This document shows, one piece after another, positions 17,277-26,898 of a DNA stretch of 30,527 bases. Source of the stretch: Campylobacterota bacterium (lineage in GTDB: Bacteria; Campylobacterota; Campylobacteria; Campylobacterales; Sulfurovaceae); the NCBI GenBank assembly GCA_034722955.1, contig JAYEOM010000078.1, positions 1 to 30,527 on the forward strand, written 5' to 3'. A model generated the notes under the pieces. It searched no databases. It worked only from the letters and a program-made list of their open reading frames with translations, and was not told the origin of the DNA. Numbering within the stretch: the first letter of the stretch is position 1; each line of letters starts with the position of its first letter. Made by a program: the position numbers and the translations under genes.

Positions 17277-18388
17277 CAACTAAATGAAAGTCCATAAATC
17301 TCTTGATAAGTCTTCAGAGCATACCTATCTGTCATAGATGCGATATAGTCGGCAATAACTCTCTGCTCGTTACGAATCGACATTAAATTTTTCCCTTTTT
17401 TAGGCAATAGGTCGTTATCGTCACGAAATGCCCTATATAAGCCTTTTATGCACTGTTTCCCAGCATACATCTTCTGAGAAATTTTTTGATGCCTATAAAG
17501 CGTTGTATGGAGATGTTTTTTTAGCTTTTTGAGTTGTGTTGTTGTATTTGAGCTGAAACCTAAAGGTAGTTTCTCTTTTGCATCGATGTAGCCTGACGAC
17601 GGGAGCTTAGTGTGATATCGATCTGCTCCTACTTTAGAGTACTCTATAAAGTCTTCTACCAATAGTTTGATAAGAGCTGCTACAAAACGATGACGGTAGA
17701 GACTCTCCTCTCTCTCTACACCCTCCTCTCTCACCATCTCATCTACACGAATAGCAAGTTCACAATCCATAAGATCATCAAAGTTTATCAATCCATACTT
17801 GATACCATCATCTATATCATGACTAGTATATGCAATCTCATCAGCATGATCTACTACCATCGCTTCTAGTGATGGGTGTCTATCTAGATCAAATGAAGCA
17901 TCAATACCTGCTAAAAAATCCTTCTTGTATGGATAGGAGTGTTTCAGTACACCCTCCAAACTAGCAAAAGTCAGATTTAGTCCATCGAAATCTTTGTATC
18001 GTTTCTCTAACTTTGTCAAGACTCTAAAGGATTGAAAGTTATGTTCAAAACCCAATGGATGATCATCAGCACAGAGCAGACCATCCAATACATCTCCACC
18101 GATATGACCAAATGGTGTATGACCTAAATCATGAGAGAGAGCTATCACTTCTGAAAGTGTCTCATTGAGATTTAACATCCTTGAGAGTGTTCTTGCTATT
18201 TGGCTCACCTCTAGAGAGTGTGTCAAGCGTGTACGAAAATAGTCTCCTTCATGGTTGAGAAAGACTTGAGTCTTATACTCCAACCTCCGAAAAGAGCTAC
18301 AGTGCAGCACCCTATCTCTATCTCTTGCAAAAGGTTCACGAAAATCCTCTTCAAAACCAAAAAATCGTTCTGTTGGTTTCATTGGCAT
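17276..18388 (-). CDS. dgt: Deoxyguanosinetriphosphate triphosphohydrolase (HD family)
   Basis: RDRDRV, FRRLEYKTQVF, RTRLTHSLEV, HDLGHTPFGH, ADEIAY..HDIDD and DYIASMTD. Start set at ATG 18388, after AAGGAG. Confidence 0.92.
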   Translation of the reverse strand: MPMKPTERFFGFEEDFREPFARDRDRVLHCSSFRRLEYKTQVFLNHEGDYFRTRLTHSLEVSQIARTLSRMLNLNETLSEVIALSHDLGHTPFGHIGGDVLDGLLCADDHPLGFEHNFQSFRVLTKLEKRYKDFDGLNLTFASLEGVLKHSYPYKKDFLAGIDASFDLDRHPSLEAMVVDHADEIAYTSHDIDDGIKYGLINFDDLMDCELAIRVDEMVREEGVEREESLYRHRFVAALIKLLVEDFIEYSKVGADRYHTKLPSSGYIDAKEKLPLGFSSNTTTQLKKLKKHLHTTLYRHQKISQKMYAGKQCIKGLYRAFRDDNDLLPKKGKNLMSIRNEQRVIADYIASMTDRYALKTYQEIYGLSFS

Positions 18389-18547
18389 AATCTCCTTATA
18401 GTATAATCTTAACATTGTATCCAAATAGAAATGTTTCATAGCCATACATACTAAACAAAACTTGTTAACTATTCTACCTTTTTATTAATGATTTTATTTA
18501 ATATAGCTATAGTACTTACTATATAATACAAAAGGAGCTATATATTT

Positions 18548-19165
18548 ATGAAAATCACCCTCCTCCACTACACACCACTGGATGTTTGTGCCCATGCTAT
18601 CCGTACTTGCTGGCAGAGTTTTGACAAGAGTGACGAAGGAGGAGAGAGAGACAAGGCACTGATAGATAGAGTTGGTAACAAATTTAAACATGCATCTACT
18701 ATGGAACACTTAGTCTATACCTTCTATATACAAGGGGTCAGCAGAGCCCTGCTACAGGAGTTGGCACGCCACAGGATAGCAAGTCCTAGTGTAAAAAGCA
18801 CTCGATACACCCTCAAAGAGCTCAAAGAGAGTGAACCCCTTGAAGATGATGACTACAGTGGTGCAGAGAGATTTATAGTACTCACCAACAACAACTTGGT
18901 AGATAGTGCATCTATAAAAGCTCTCAACAACCTCCAAGCTATTCTCAAAAGCGGAATTAGCAATGATATTGCCAAATACTGTCTGCCTGAGAGCTATAAA
19001 ACAGAGCTTACCTGGACTATCAATGCACGCTCTTTGCAAAACTTCATCTCACTTCGCAGCAACAAAGCAGCACTCTGGGAGATTAGAGATATCGCTTATG
19101 CTATCTATGATATCCTTCCTCAGGAGCATCAATATCTCTTTGAAGCATCTCTATATAAAGAGTGA
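18548..19165 (+). CDS. thyX: Flavin-dependent thymidylate synthase
   Basis: HASTMEH, the ThyX motif RHRIASPSVKSTRY, NARSLQNF and AALWEIR; AAGGAG RBS. Confidence 0.95.
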   Translation: MKITLLHYTPLDVCAHAIRTCWQSFDKSDEGGERDKALIDRVGNKFKHASTMEHLVYTFYIQGVSRALLQELARHRIASPSVKSTRYTLKELKESEPLEDDDYSGAERFIVLTNNNLVDSASIKALNNLQAILKSGISNDIAKYCLPESYKTELTWTINARSLQNFISLRSNKAALWEIRDIAYAIYDILPQEHQYLFEASLYKE

Positions 19166-19171
19166 TTTTAT

Positions 19172-19204
19172 CTTTTTATTAACTTTTTATTAACTTTTTA
19201 TTAA
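19172..19204 (+). repeat. Three perfect 11-bp direct repeats upstream of the OMP promoter
   Basis: CTTTTTATTAA at 19172, 19183 and 19194. Confidence 0.85.
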
Positions 19205-19210
19205 AATCCC

Positions 19211-19240
19211 TTGACATATCTATAGACATCATGCTAGAAT
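19211..19240 (+). promoter_or_regulatory. Sigma70-type promoter of the OMP gene
   Basis: TTGACA (19211-19216), an 18-nt spacer ending in TGC, then TAGAAT (19235-19240; extended -10). Confidence 0.7.
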
Positions 19241-19274
19241 ATCACATATCAAAATTAAAAACAAGGAGATATTT

Positions 19275-19970
19275 ATGAAAAATATCGTTTTATCAGCAGT
19301 AACAGTAATCGCAATGAGTTCATTCGCAGTAGCAGGAGGAGATATCGCTCCAATCGAAGAGCCAATAGTAGAAGTACCTGAAGTAGTAGAAGTAGTAGTA
19401 GATGCAGGTTTCTATCTTGGTCTTGGTTATGGTTCGATGAAAGGTGAAGAGACATATCACTATGACAATGCTCTCGGTAACAGAGTATCTATAGAGATAG
19501 ATACTAGAGATTTTGATCAACTTTTGCTTCAAGCTGGTTACAAGTTTAACTCATATGTAGCGATCGAAGGTAGATACTGGATCGGTATGAATGATCTTAG
19601 TGATACATCTTACTACTTTGACAATCCATTCAATACAGATGCTACTCTAAATGCATTTGGTATCTATGTTAAACCAATGTACCCAGTAACAGAAGAGTTT
19701 GATGTATATGCACTACTTGGATATGGAAAAACTTCACTAGAAGAAGATATCTTCATTCCTGGCGGAACATTTACAGAGACTACAGATCTTGATGGTTTCT
19801 CTTGGGGTCTTGGTGTATCTTATACATTTAATGGCAATGTCTCTATCTTTGCTGACTATGTAGTTCTTTATGATGATAACTATGATGAGTATCAAGATTA
19901 TTTAGATACCGGTGCTTCAAGTGACTTCGTCATCGATACATTCAATGTTGGTGTCTCTTACAAGTTCTAA
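19275..19970 (+). CDS. Outer-membrane beta-barrel protein (8-stranded OmpA-TM/porin-like family)
   Basis: Signal peptide AVA-G; GFYLGLGYG, AGYKFN..AIEGRY and WGLGVSYTF; C-terminal VSYKF Bam signal; AAGGAG RBS. Confidence 0.88.
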   Translation: MKNIVLSAVTVIAMSSFAVAGGDIAPIEEPIVEVPEVVEVVVDAGFYLGLGYGSMKGEETYHYDNALGNRVSIEIDTRDFDQLLLQAGYKFNSYVAIEGRYWIGMNDLSDTSYYFDNPFNTDATLNAFGIYVKPMYPVTEEFDVYALLGYGKTSLEEDIFIPGGTFTETTDLDGFSWGLGVSYTFNGNVSIFADYVVLYDDNYDEYQDYLDTGASSDFVIDTFNVGVSYKF

Positions 19971-19981
19971 GAGTACCCTCT

Positions 19982-20001
19982 ACTGAGCCTTCGGGCTTGG
20001 T
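19982..20001 (+). terminator. cUUCGg hairpin after the OMP gene (terminator or stabilising stem)
   Basis: ACTGAGCC-TTCG-GGCTTGGT; no immediately adjacent U-tract. Confidence 0.5.
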
Positions 20002-20123
20002 CAATCTGCTATATTTTTTATTTAAACTCTCTTCTACTTTACCCTTTAATATTTTTTCACTATAATAACTCTATTCTATATTGATAGAATATATCTATAC
20101 TATCTTAGTATCTGGAGACATTA

Positions 20124-21944
20124 ATGAAAAAACTCTTACTTTTAGCACTTATAGGTGCTATAACAATGCTCGAAGCGAGTAGCATATCTACTGAATCTAT
20201 CAGAAATTCGATACAAAATAGTATAGATAGCAAACTAAGCGGTCGCAATAAAGATATAGTTAAAACCATCTATAAAAAGAGTGATTACAAGCCACTTTGG
20301 GTAGGATCTAGTAACACTAGCAGACAGACTCAACTCATCAAAGCACTAAACAACCCTCTCTATAACTACAAAAACAAACCTATGGGGCGAAAAAAGATCA
20401 AATATCTTTTCTATATGCTCGATAACAATGAGATCTCTGCTGCCAAAAAAATAGAGGTTTATGCCAGACTTGATATTATGCTTAGCAATAGTTATGTCAG
20501 TTTAGTACGATTCATTGTCCAAGGAGATGTAGATTGGTCTCTAGTCAAGAAAAAAATGACTGCTCTCAAGGCTAGTGATGATATCCAAGCAAAATGGGAA
20601 TTTTCACCAAAAGGATTTCCCTCACAGGATACCCTCTATAGCTCTATATCAGGCGGAAATATCTATGGGTATCTAAACTCACTTATACCTATGGAGATAC
20701 GCTATAAAGATCTCATAAAGATGCTCAAAGATTATCGTGTTATGTCAAAGTATCCAAAGATTGCTTATACAAATGAGATATTCAAACTAGGGGATAGAGA
20801 CAAGCGTATTTTGGAGATCAAAAAAAGGTTAAAGATATCTGGAGATCTACCTAAGAGTGCAAAACTTAATAAAAAATTTGATATGTCACTGCAACAAGCG
20901 GTATTGACATATCAAAGAAGATATAATCTCAAAGTAGATGGCAAGATCGATAAGGTTATGACCTACTATCTCAATCTACCCGCCAAAAAAAATATCCAAC
21001 AGATAATAGCCAATCTCGATAAGTGCAAACTATACCCAAAAAAGTTCGAAAATGAGTATGCAGAGGTCAATATCCCTGACTTCAATCTACGCTATTACCG
21101 CAATGGACAACGGCTCTTTAAGACGGGTATCGTAGTAGGTCGTATCGATAGACCTACCCCTATATTTAGTGATGAGATCACCTATATGGTACTCAACCCC
21201 ACATGGACCGTTACAGATAATCTTGTCAAAAGAGATTTGATTCCTACTATTAGAGAGCAACCAAACTATCTCCAAGAGCATAATATACATGTCTTTTCAG
21301 GCAATAAAGAGGTAACTGTCACTATAGATGATTTGGCACAATATGAAAATAGCAGTCGACATGTTCCATATAGATTTGTACAGTATCCTGGGGACTCCAA
21401 TGCACTAGGACGGATCAAATTTATGTTTCCCAACAAGTATGCTGTATATCTCCATGATACAGACAACAAATCCCTACTTGAGAGACGCTACAAGATCTAT
21501 AGTTCAGGCTGTATGAGAGTAGATAAACCTTTTGATTTTATGAAGGTTCTTCTCCCTAATGTAAAAGAGAACTATAGTCAAGATCGCATACAGCAGATAC
21601 TAGATAGTATGAAGACTACTACCATAAGGCTCAAAAGAGCTATACCTGTACATATCATCTACTTTACTGTATATAGAGAAGATGGATTAGCCTACTTTAA
21701 AAATGATATCTATCTCTATGATCAGATGATCTGGGAGTCAAGTGCAGGACATAAAAAAGCAACATTCAAGATCCCCTCTAAACGCTTTATTGATGTAAAG
21801 AAAAATGCAGGAAGAGGGACAAACGAACCAAATACTGAACCAGCAACACAAAAGAGAGATAGAACACCAACTGTAAAGAAGAGAGAGAGTACTCCTATAC
21901 CAAGCAGTACCCATATACCAAACAATAGTGATGAACTCTTTTAG
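20124..21944 (+). CDS. L,D-transpeptidase (YcbB/LdtD-like) with a peptidoglycan-binding domain
   Basis: Signal peptide; AVLTYQRRYNLKVDG (PG-binding); VNIPDF, NPTW and NALGRIKFMFPN; catalytic YLHDT...SSGCMRV. Confidence 0.92.
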   Translation: MKKLLLLALIGAITMLEASSISTESIRNSIQNSIDSKLSGRNKDIVKTIYKKSDYKPLWVGSSNTSRQTQLIKALNNPLYNYKNKPMGRKKIKYLFYMLDNNEISAAKKIEVYARLDIMLSNSYVSLVRFIVQGDVDWSLVKKKMTALKASDDIQAKWEFSPKGFPSQDTLYSSISGGNIYGYLNSLIPMEIRYKDLIKMLKDYRVMSKYPKIAYTNEIFKLGDRDKRILEIKKRLKISGDLPKSAKLNKKFDMSLQQAVLTYQRRYNLKVDGKIDKVMTYYLNLPAKKNIQQIIANLDKCKLYPKKFENEYAEVNIPDFNLRYYRNGQRLFKTGIVVGRIDRPTPIFSDEITYMVLNPTWTVTDNLVKRDLIPTIREQPNYLQEHNIHVFSGNKEVTVTIDDLAQYENSSRHVPYRFVQYPGDSNALGRIKFMFPNKYAVYLHDTDNKSLLERRYKIYSSGCMRVDKPFDFMKVLLPNVKENYSQDRIQQILDSMKTTTIRLKRAIPVHIIYFTVYREDGLAYFKNDIYLYDQMIWESSAGHKKATFKIPSKRFIDVKKNAGRGTNEPNTEPATQKRDRTPTVKKRESTPIPSSTHIPNNSDELF

Positions 21945-21974
21945 GGGGGCGTAGTAGATATCACTCAAGAGTTT

Positions 21975-22018
21975 TAGGCTACCCCAATTTTGGGTGTTTA
22001 TTTCATTGGGGTAGCTTA
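21975..22018. repeat. Internally deleted GGCTACCC element forming a hairpin between convergent genes
   Basis: TAGGCTACCCCAA...TTGGGGTAGCTTA. The reverse complement of the right part matches the unit at 14657. Confidence 0.85.
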
Positions 22019-22035
22019 CACCTTCCTACTCGATC

Positions 22036-22512
22036 CTATCTACGCAATTTGACCCTTTGCGCGTGTGTTATAGCTATAGCCATAGCATCTGTGATATCCA
22101 AGGGTTTTATCTCTTTATTGATTCTCAAAATTCTTTTTGCCATGAAGGCGACTTGCTCTTTTGATGCTTTTCCATTTCCTGTCAATGCTTTTTTAACTTG
22201 AAGAGGTGTATATTCATAAAAATATCCTATCTCTTGTAAAATCCTCAAAGAGAGAGCTCCTCTAAATTGTGCCAACTTCAAAACAGACTTTGGATTATAA
22301 GCAAAAAATATATCTTCAATAGCAACTTCATCGATGGTATGGGAGTTTAAGATCAAATCCAACCCCTCCATAAGCTCAATAATCTGCTCTTGAAGTTGGA
22401 TTGTCTTGATTTTAAGCAAACCCGCTTCAATCAATCTATAGTTTTTACCATCATAAAAGAGGATACAATAGCCTAAATTACGGCTTCCTGGGTCTATTCC
22501 TAATATATTCAT
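22036..22512 (-). CDS. ruvC: Holliday junction resolvase
   Basis: [38 protein letters not shown] and DITDAMAIA. Confidence 0.96.
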   Translation of the reverse strand: MNILGIDPGSRNLGYCILFYDGKNYRLIEAGLLKIKTIQLQEQIIELMEGLDLILNSHTIDEVAIEDIFFAYNPKSVLKLAQFRGALSLRILQEIGYFYEYTPLQVKKALTGNGKASKEQVAFMAKRILRINKEIKPLDITDAMAIAITHAQRVKLRR

Positions 22513-22647
22513 TCACATCTTTGTTCACATGGTGAATAAAATTATTCACTAAGAGTTTCTAGCCGTATTTTAGCTAATTTTAGTTAAAATCGAGAAAGTT
22601 ATTCACATTAAGAAATGAAATTCTTTTTTTAACTAAATTGATTCACA
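22509..22647. other. oriC1: DnaA-box cluster between ruvC and dnaA
   Basis: TCATTCACA 22509, TTGTTCACA 22521, TTATTCACC (minus strand) 22531, TTATTCACT 22542, TTATTCACA 22599 and TGATTCACA 22639. Confidence 0.85.
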
Positions 22648-22663
22648 TTTAACAGGATATTAC

Positions 22664-23989
22664 ATGGATATTGGTCAAAAAGTACTGCAAGAGTTGAGAA
22701 AAGAGATTACTATGATAGAGTATGAACGATATATTAAAAAACTTAACTATGATAACCAACGATCTAGAAGCAATATTGTCTACTACACAGCGTCCAATAT
22801 GCTGATAGCCAAGTGGGTAAAAACAAAATACCAAGAGAAACTAGCACATCTATTTGAACTGCAGAGTGGTATAAAACCTGAAGTAAAAATCACTCTTGGC
22901 AAAGAGAGAGTGAAGAGTCCATCTCTACCTACAATAATAGATCAAAAGATCAATACAAAAAGTACAAAATTGAACCCATCTTTTACCTTTGAAAGTTTTA
23001 TAGTGGGAGACTCAAATCAATTTGCCTATACCACAGCCAAAAGTGCAGCTGAAAAACCTGGCAAACAGTACAATCCTCTCTTTATCTATGGTGGTGTAGG
23101 ATTGGGCAAAACACATCTACTGCAAGCTATAGGAAATCACCATGTAAACCTTGGAAATACAGTTATCTATACAACCTTGGAACAATTTATGAATAGTTTC
23201 ACCTCTCATCTAAGAAGTCAAACTATGGATAGGTTTAGAGAAAAATTTAGAGAGTGTGATCTGCTTATGATTGATGATGTTCAATTTCTAAGTCGTAAAG
23301 AGCAGACTCAAGAGGAGTTTTTTCATACATTCAATGAGCTGCACAATGCAAAAAAACAGATCGTTATGACATCTGACCGACAACCAAATAAGATAGCAGG
23401 TCTTGTAGATAGGTTGAAGAGTAGATTTGAGTGGGGATTGATGGCAGATATACAACCTCCTGGACTAGAGACAAAAATCGCTATTATTCAGAAAAAATGT
23501 GAACTCGATGGTATCAGACTGGAGAAGGATATCATCAACTATATTGCTACAAATATGGGTGATAATATTCGTGAAATAGAGGGAACACTTATTAAATTAA
23601 ATGCACTTGCATCTATGCTCAATCAACCTATCACAATGGAGTTTACTCATAATGCCATCAAAGATCAACTTAAAGAGAAAAAAGAGAGTGTATCTATTGA
23701 TGATATTGTCAAGATCATCTCTAAAGAGCTAAATATCAAACCAAGTGACATCAAATCAAAAAAACGGACTAAAAATGTAGTAAATGCTAGAAGAATTGTC
23801 ATATACTTAGCACGAAACTTAACACCCAACTCTATGCCTCAGATCGCACTCTATTTTGGTATGAAAGATCATACCGCCATAAGTCATACTATGAAGAAAA
23901 TAAATGAAATCATAGATAATGATGAAAACTTTAAAATTCAATTGGAAGAGCTATCTAATAAAGTCAATACTAATAGTCAAAAAATTTAG
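22664..23989 (+). CDS. dnaA: Chromosomal replication initiator
   Basis: YNPLFIYGGVGLGKTHL, LMIDDVQF, QEEFFHTFN, SRFEWG, NIREIEG and KDHTAI. Confidence 0.98.
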   Translation: MDIGQKVLQELRKEITMIEYERYIKKLNYDNQRSRSNIVYYTASNMLIAKWVKTKYQEKLAHLFELQSGIKPEVKITLGKERVKSPSLPTIIDQKINTKSTKLNPSFTFESFIVGDSNQFAYTTAKSAAEKPGKQYNPLFIYGGVGLGKTHLLQAIGNHHVNLGNTVIYTTLEQFMNSFTSHLRSQTMDRFREKFRECDLLMIDDVQFLSRKEQTQEEFFHTFNELHNAKKQIVMTSDRQPNKIAGLVDRLKSRFEWGLMADIQPPGLETKIAIIQKKCELDGIRLEKDIINYIATNMGDNIREIEGTLIKLNALASMLNQPITMEFTHNAIKDQLKEKKESVSIDDIVKIISKELNIKPSDIKSKKRTKNVVNARRIVIYLARNLTPNSMPQIALYFGMKDHTAISHTMKKINEIIDNDENFKIQLEELSNKVNTNSQKI

Positions 23990-24157
23990 GACACATCTAA
24001 TAAAAAAAAGATATAATCTAATTAAGTGAACAGATGTGAATAGATCAAACTGAAAAGTGACTCTCAGATAACCTATATATCATTATTTAAGAGGCTTTTT
24101 CACTTATTCAATGCAAACTACTACTATCTACTACTTATTAGTAAGATAAAAGGAAAA
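23990..24157. other. oriC2: DnaA boxes plus DnaA-trio/unwinding element
   Basis: Boxes CTGTTCACT (minus, 24025), CTATTCACA (minus, 24035), TTTTTCACT 24096 and TTATTCAAT 24104. These are followed by CTACTACTATCTACTACTTATTA (24118-24140). Confidence 0.85.
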
Positions 24158-24160
24158 TTG

Positions 24161-25228
24161 ATGAAAATCAAAATACAAAAACAGATAATAGAATCTATTC
24201 TAATAAATCTACAACCTTTTTTAGAAAAAAAAGATGCTAGTCAAATTACTTCTCATATCTATTTTCAATCTCAAAACAGTCGATGCATAGTAAAAGCGAC
24301 TGATTCAGAGATAGGATTACAGATCATAACCGATCATATTATTATAGATAATGAAGGTTCATTTACTGCTAATGGGAAAAAACTTCTAGATATTATTCGT
24401 ATACTTAAAGACGATGAGATTGTTTTAGAGATGATTGATGATATGCTAATAATAAAACAAAAACGATCTAAATTTAAACTACCTACTTTTGACTATAACT
24501 CATATCCAGAATTTCCAACTTTAAAAAATAAACCAAAAGTCTCTCTTGATTCAAGTAGTCTTATACAAAATCTCAAAAAAATATCACCAGCTATTGATAG
24601 TAATAATCCAAAGTTTGAACTAAATGGTGCCTTGATAAATATAAAATCAGAAGAGACTGATTTAGTAGGTACAGATACTAGAAGACTTGCTATAACTACA
24701 ATACCGAGTTCATCTGCAGATGAACTATCTATTATTGTTCCAAAAAAAGCTATATTAGAGATACAAAAACTATTTTTAGATAAGATAGATATATACTATG
24801 ATGAGACAAATCTTATTATTACAAATGATAACTTCTATTTTTATACTCGACTGATCAATGGAAAATTTCCTGATTATGAGAGAATCGTTCCTAAAAGTAT
24901 TAAACATTCGATATCACTCCCTAAAAGAGAGATGATCAGTGCTATCAAAATGATCACCACTATATCTCAAGAGATCAAGATGACTCTAATGGAAGAGAAG
25001 ATCATATTTCACTCTTTAGCATCAGAAAATGTAGAAGCTAAAACTGAACTGGAGATTGTAACTGGATTGAACGAAATATTTGAAATAAATTTTAACAGTA
25101 AATATATACTTGATTTTATCTCTCAAACAGAAGGTGAGACATTTGAACTAGGGATAAACGAACCAAAATTACCTTTTGTCATTAAAAATGACAATTTTAT
25201 TACAATTATAATGCCTATCATAACTTAA
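24161..25228 (+). CDS. dnaN: DNA polymerase III beta sliding clamp
   Basis: ATDSEIGL, YPEFP, GTDTRRL, IVPKK, RLINGKFPDY, FNSKYILD and IMPI; follows dnaA. Confidence 0.96.
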   Translation: MKIKIQKQIIESILINLQPFLEKKDASQITSHIYFQSQNSRCIVKATDSEIGLQIITDHIIIDNEGSFTANGKKLLDIIRILKDDEIVLEMIDDMLIIKQKRSKFKLPTFDYNSYPEFPTLKNKPKVSLDSSSLIQNLKKISPAIDSNNPKFELNGALINIKSEETDLVGTDTRRLAITTIPSSSADELSIIVPKKAILEIQKLFLDKIDIYYDETNLIITNDNFYFYTRLINGKFPDYERIVPKSIKHSISLPKREMISAIKMITTISQEIKMTLMEEKIIFHSLASENVEAKTELEIVTGLNEIFEINFNSKYILDFISQTEGETFELGINEPKLPFVIKNDNFITIIMPIIT

Positions 25229-25240
25229 GTGAGTATAAAT

Positions 25241-26854
25241 ATGACTAAATTTATCTTTATAACCGGCGGTGTTTTGAGTTCTTTGGGAAAAGGAATAACC
25301 GCTGCGAGTATAGGTACTCTCCTGAAGCATTCAGGTCTCAGAGTAGGTGTACTAAAGCTTGACCCATATATCAATGTAGATCCAGGTACTATGAGTCCTC
25401 TAGAGCATGGTGAAGTTTTTGTTACTAAAGATGGTGCTGAAACCGACCTGGATTTAGGGCATTATGAACGATTTTTAGATACATCTCTAACACAAAAAAA
25501 TAACTTTACCACAGGACAAGTCTATAAGAGAGTTATTGAAAATGAGAGAAGAGGAAAATATCTAGGCAAAACCATCCAAGTTGTACCTCATATCGTAAAT
25601 GAGATAAAAGATCGTATTGTCATCGCAGGTGAAGGGAGAGATATACTTATCGTCGAATTGGGTGGAACCACCGGTGATATAGAGGGACTACCTTTTCTTG
25701 AATCTATCAGACAGATGAAACATGAACTAGGTCCTAAAAATGTGATGAATATACATGTCACACTACTCCCATATATCAAAGCAGCAGGTGAGCTAAAGAC
25801 AAAACCTACACAACACTCTGTTCAAGAGCTGCGAAGAATAGGTATAGCTCCTCATATGATAGTTCTCAGAGCAGAGCAACCTGTTCCTATTGATTTGAAA
25901 CAGAAGATTGCTTACAATTGTGATGTTGATGAAGGTAGTGTTATTGATGCGATAGATGCTGCAACTATCTATCGTGTACCTATAAACTTTCTAGCTCAAA
26001 ATATTTTGATACCTATCGCAAAACAACTTGAATTGGGCGAGCTTAAACCAAAAATGGATGAGTGGAACGATCTGGTTCTAAAGATTTTAAAACCTACTTA
26101 TAAAACTACTATCGCTTTTGTAGGAAAATATCTTGATCTGAAAGAGTCTTATAAGTCTCTCACTGAAGCACTGATACATGCCGGTGCCAATCTAGACAGC
26201 CATATCAAGATCAAATGGGTAGATAGTGAAGAGGTAGAGGAGGATGGTGTTGAAAAGTATCTGATTGATTGTGATGGTGTATTGGTTGCAGGAGGATTTG
26301 GAGAGAGAGGTATAGAAGGAAAAATCAAATCTATTCAATATGCTAGAGAAAATAAGATACCTTTTCTAGGTATCTGTTTAGGTATGCAACTATCTATTGT
26401 AGAGTTTGCTAGAAATGTACTCCATTATGAAGATGCTAACTCTATGGAGTTTAATAAAGAGACAAAACACCCTGTGATTTATATGATCGATGAGTTTATA
26501 GATGCCAATGGTATGGAGCAGATCAGAACAGCAGTATCTCCTATGGGAGGTACTTTGAGATTGGGTGAATATGAGTGTAACATCAAGGAGGGATCAAAAC
26601 TTCATAAAGCGTATGATACAAGTGTTGTTTTTGAAAGACATAGACATCGATATGAAGCAAATCCACTCTATAGAGACGAATTAGAGGAGAGAGGCATGGT
26701 AGTTACGGGAGAGTCTCATGGTTTGATAGAGGCTGTAGAAGTTGTAGATCACCCATGGTTTTTAGGTGTACAATTTCACCCTGAGTTTACCTCAAGATTA
26801 CAAAATCCAAATCCTATTATTTTAGACTTTGTTAAAGTCTCTATGAGTCAATAA
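25241..26854 (+). CDS. pyrG: CTP synthase
   Basis: [54 protein letters not shown] and QFHPEF. Confidence 0.98.
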   Translation: MTKFIFITGGVLSSLGKGITAASIGTLLKHSGLRVGVLKLDPYINVDPGTMSPLEHGEVFVTKDGAETDLDLGHYERFLDTSLTQKNNFTTGQVYKRVIENERRGKYLGKTIQVVPHIVNEIKDRIVIAGEGRDILIVELGGTTGDIEGLPFLESIRQMKHELGPKNVMNIHVTLLPYIKAAGELKTKPTQHSVQELRRIGIAPHMIVLRAEQPVPIDLKQKIAYNCDVDEGSVIDAIDAATIYRVPINFLAQNILIPIAKQLELGELKPKMDEWNDLVLKILKPTYKTTIAFVGKYLDLKESYKSLTEALIHAGANLDSHIKIKWVDSEEVEEDGVEKYLIDCDGVLVAGGFGERGIEGKIKSIQYARENKIPFLGICLGMQLSIVEFARNVLHYEDANSMEFNKETKHPVIYMIDEFIDANGMEQIRTAVSPMGGTLRLGEYECNIKEGSKLHKAYDTSVVFERHRHRYEANPLYRDELEERGMVVTGESHGLIEAVEVVDHPWFLGVQFHPEFTSRLQNPNPIILDFVKVSMSQ

Positions 26855-26898
26855 TCATAATCTTCTTTTCCCCTATTTAGAGAAATTTTTATTACAAT

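Noticed and set aside
21944..21949. G6 tract (also 766-771) as a phase-variation site
   Set aside because: Too short and essentially intergenic; Campylobacter contingency tracts are typically G8 or longer.
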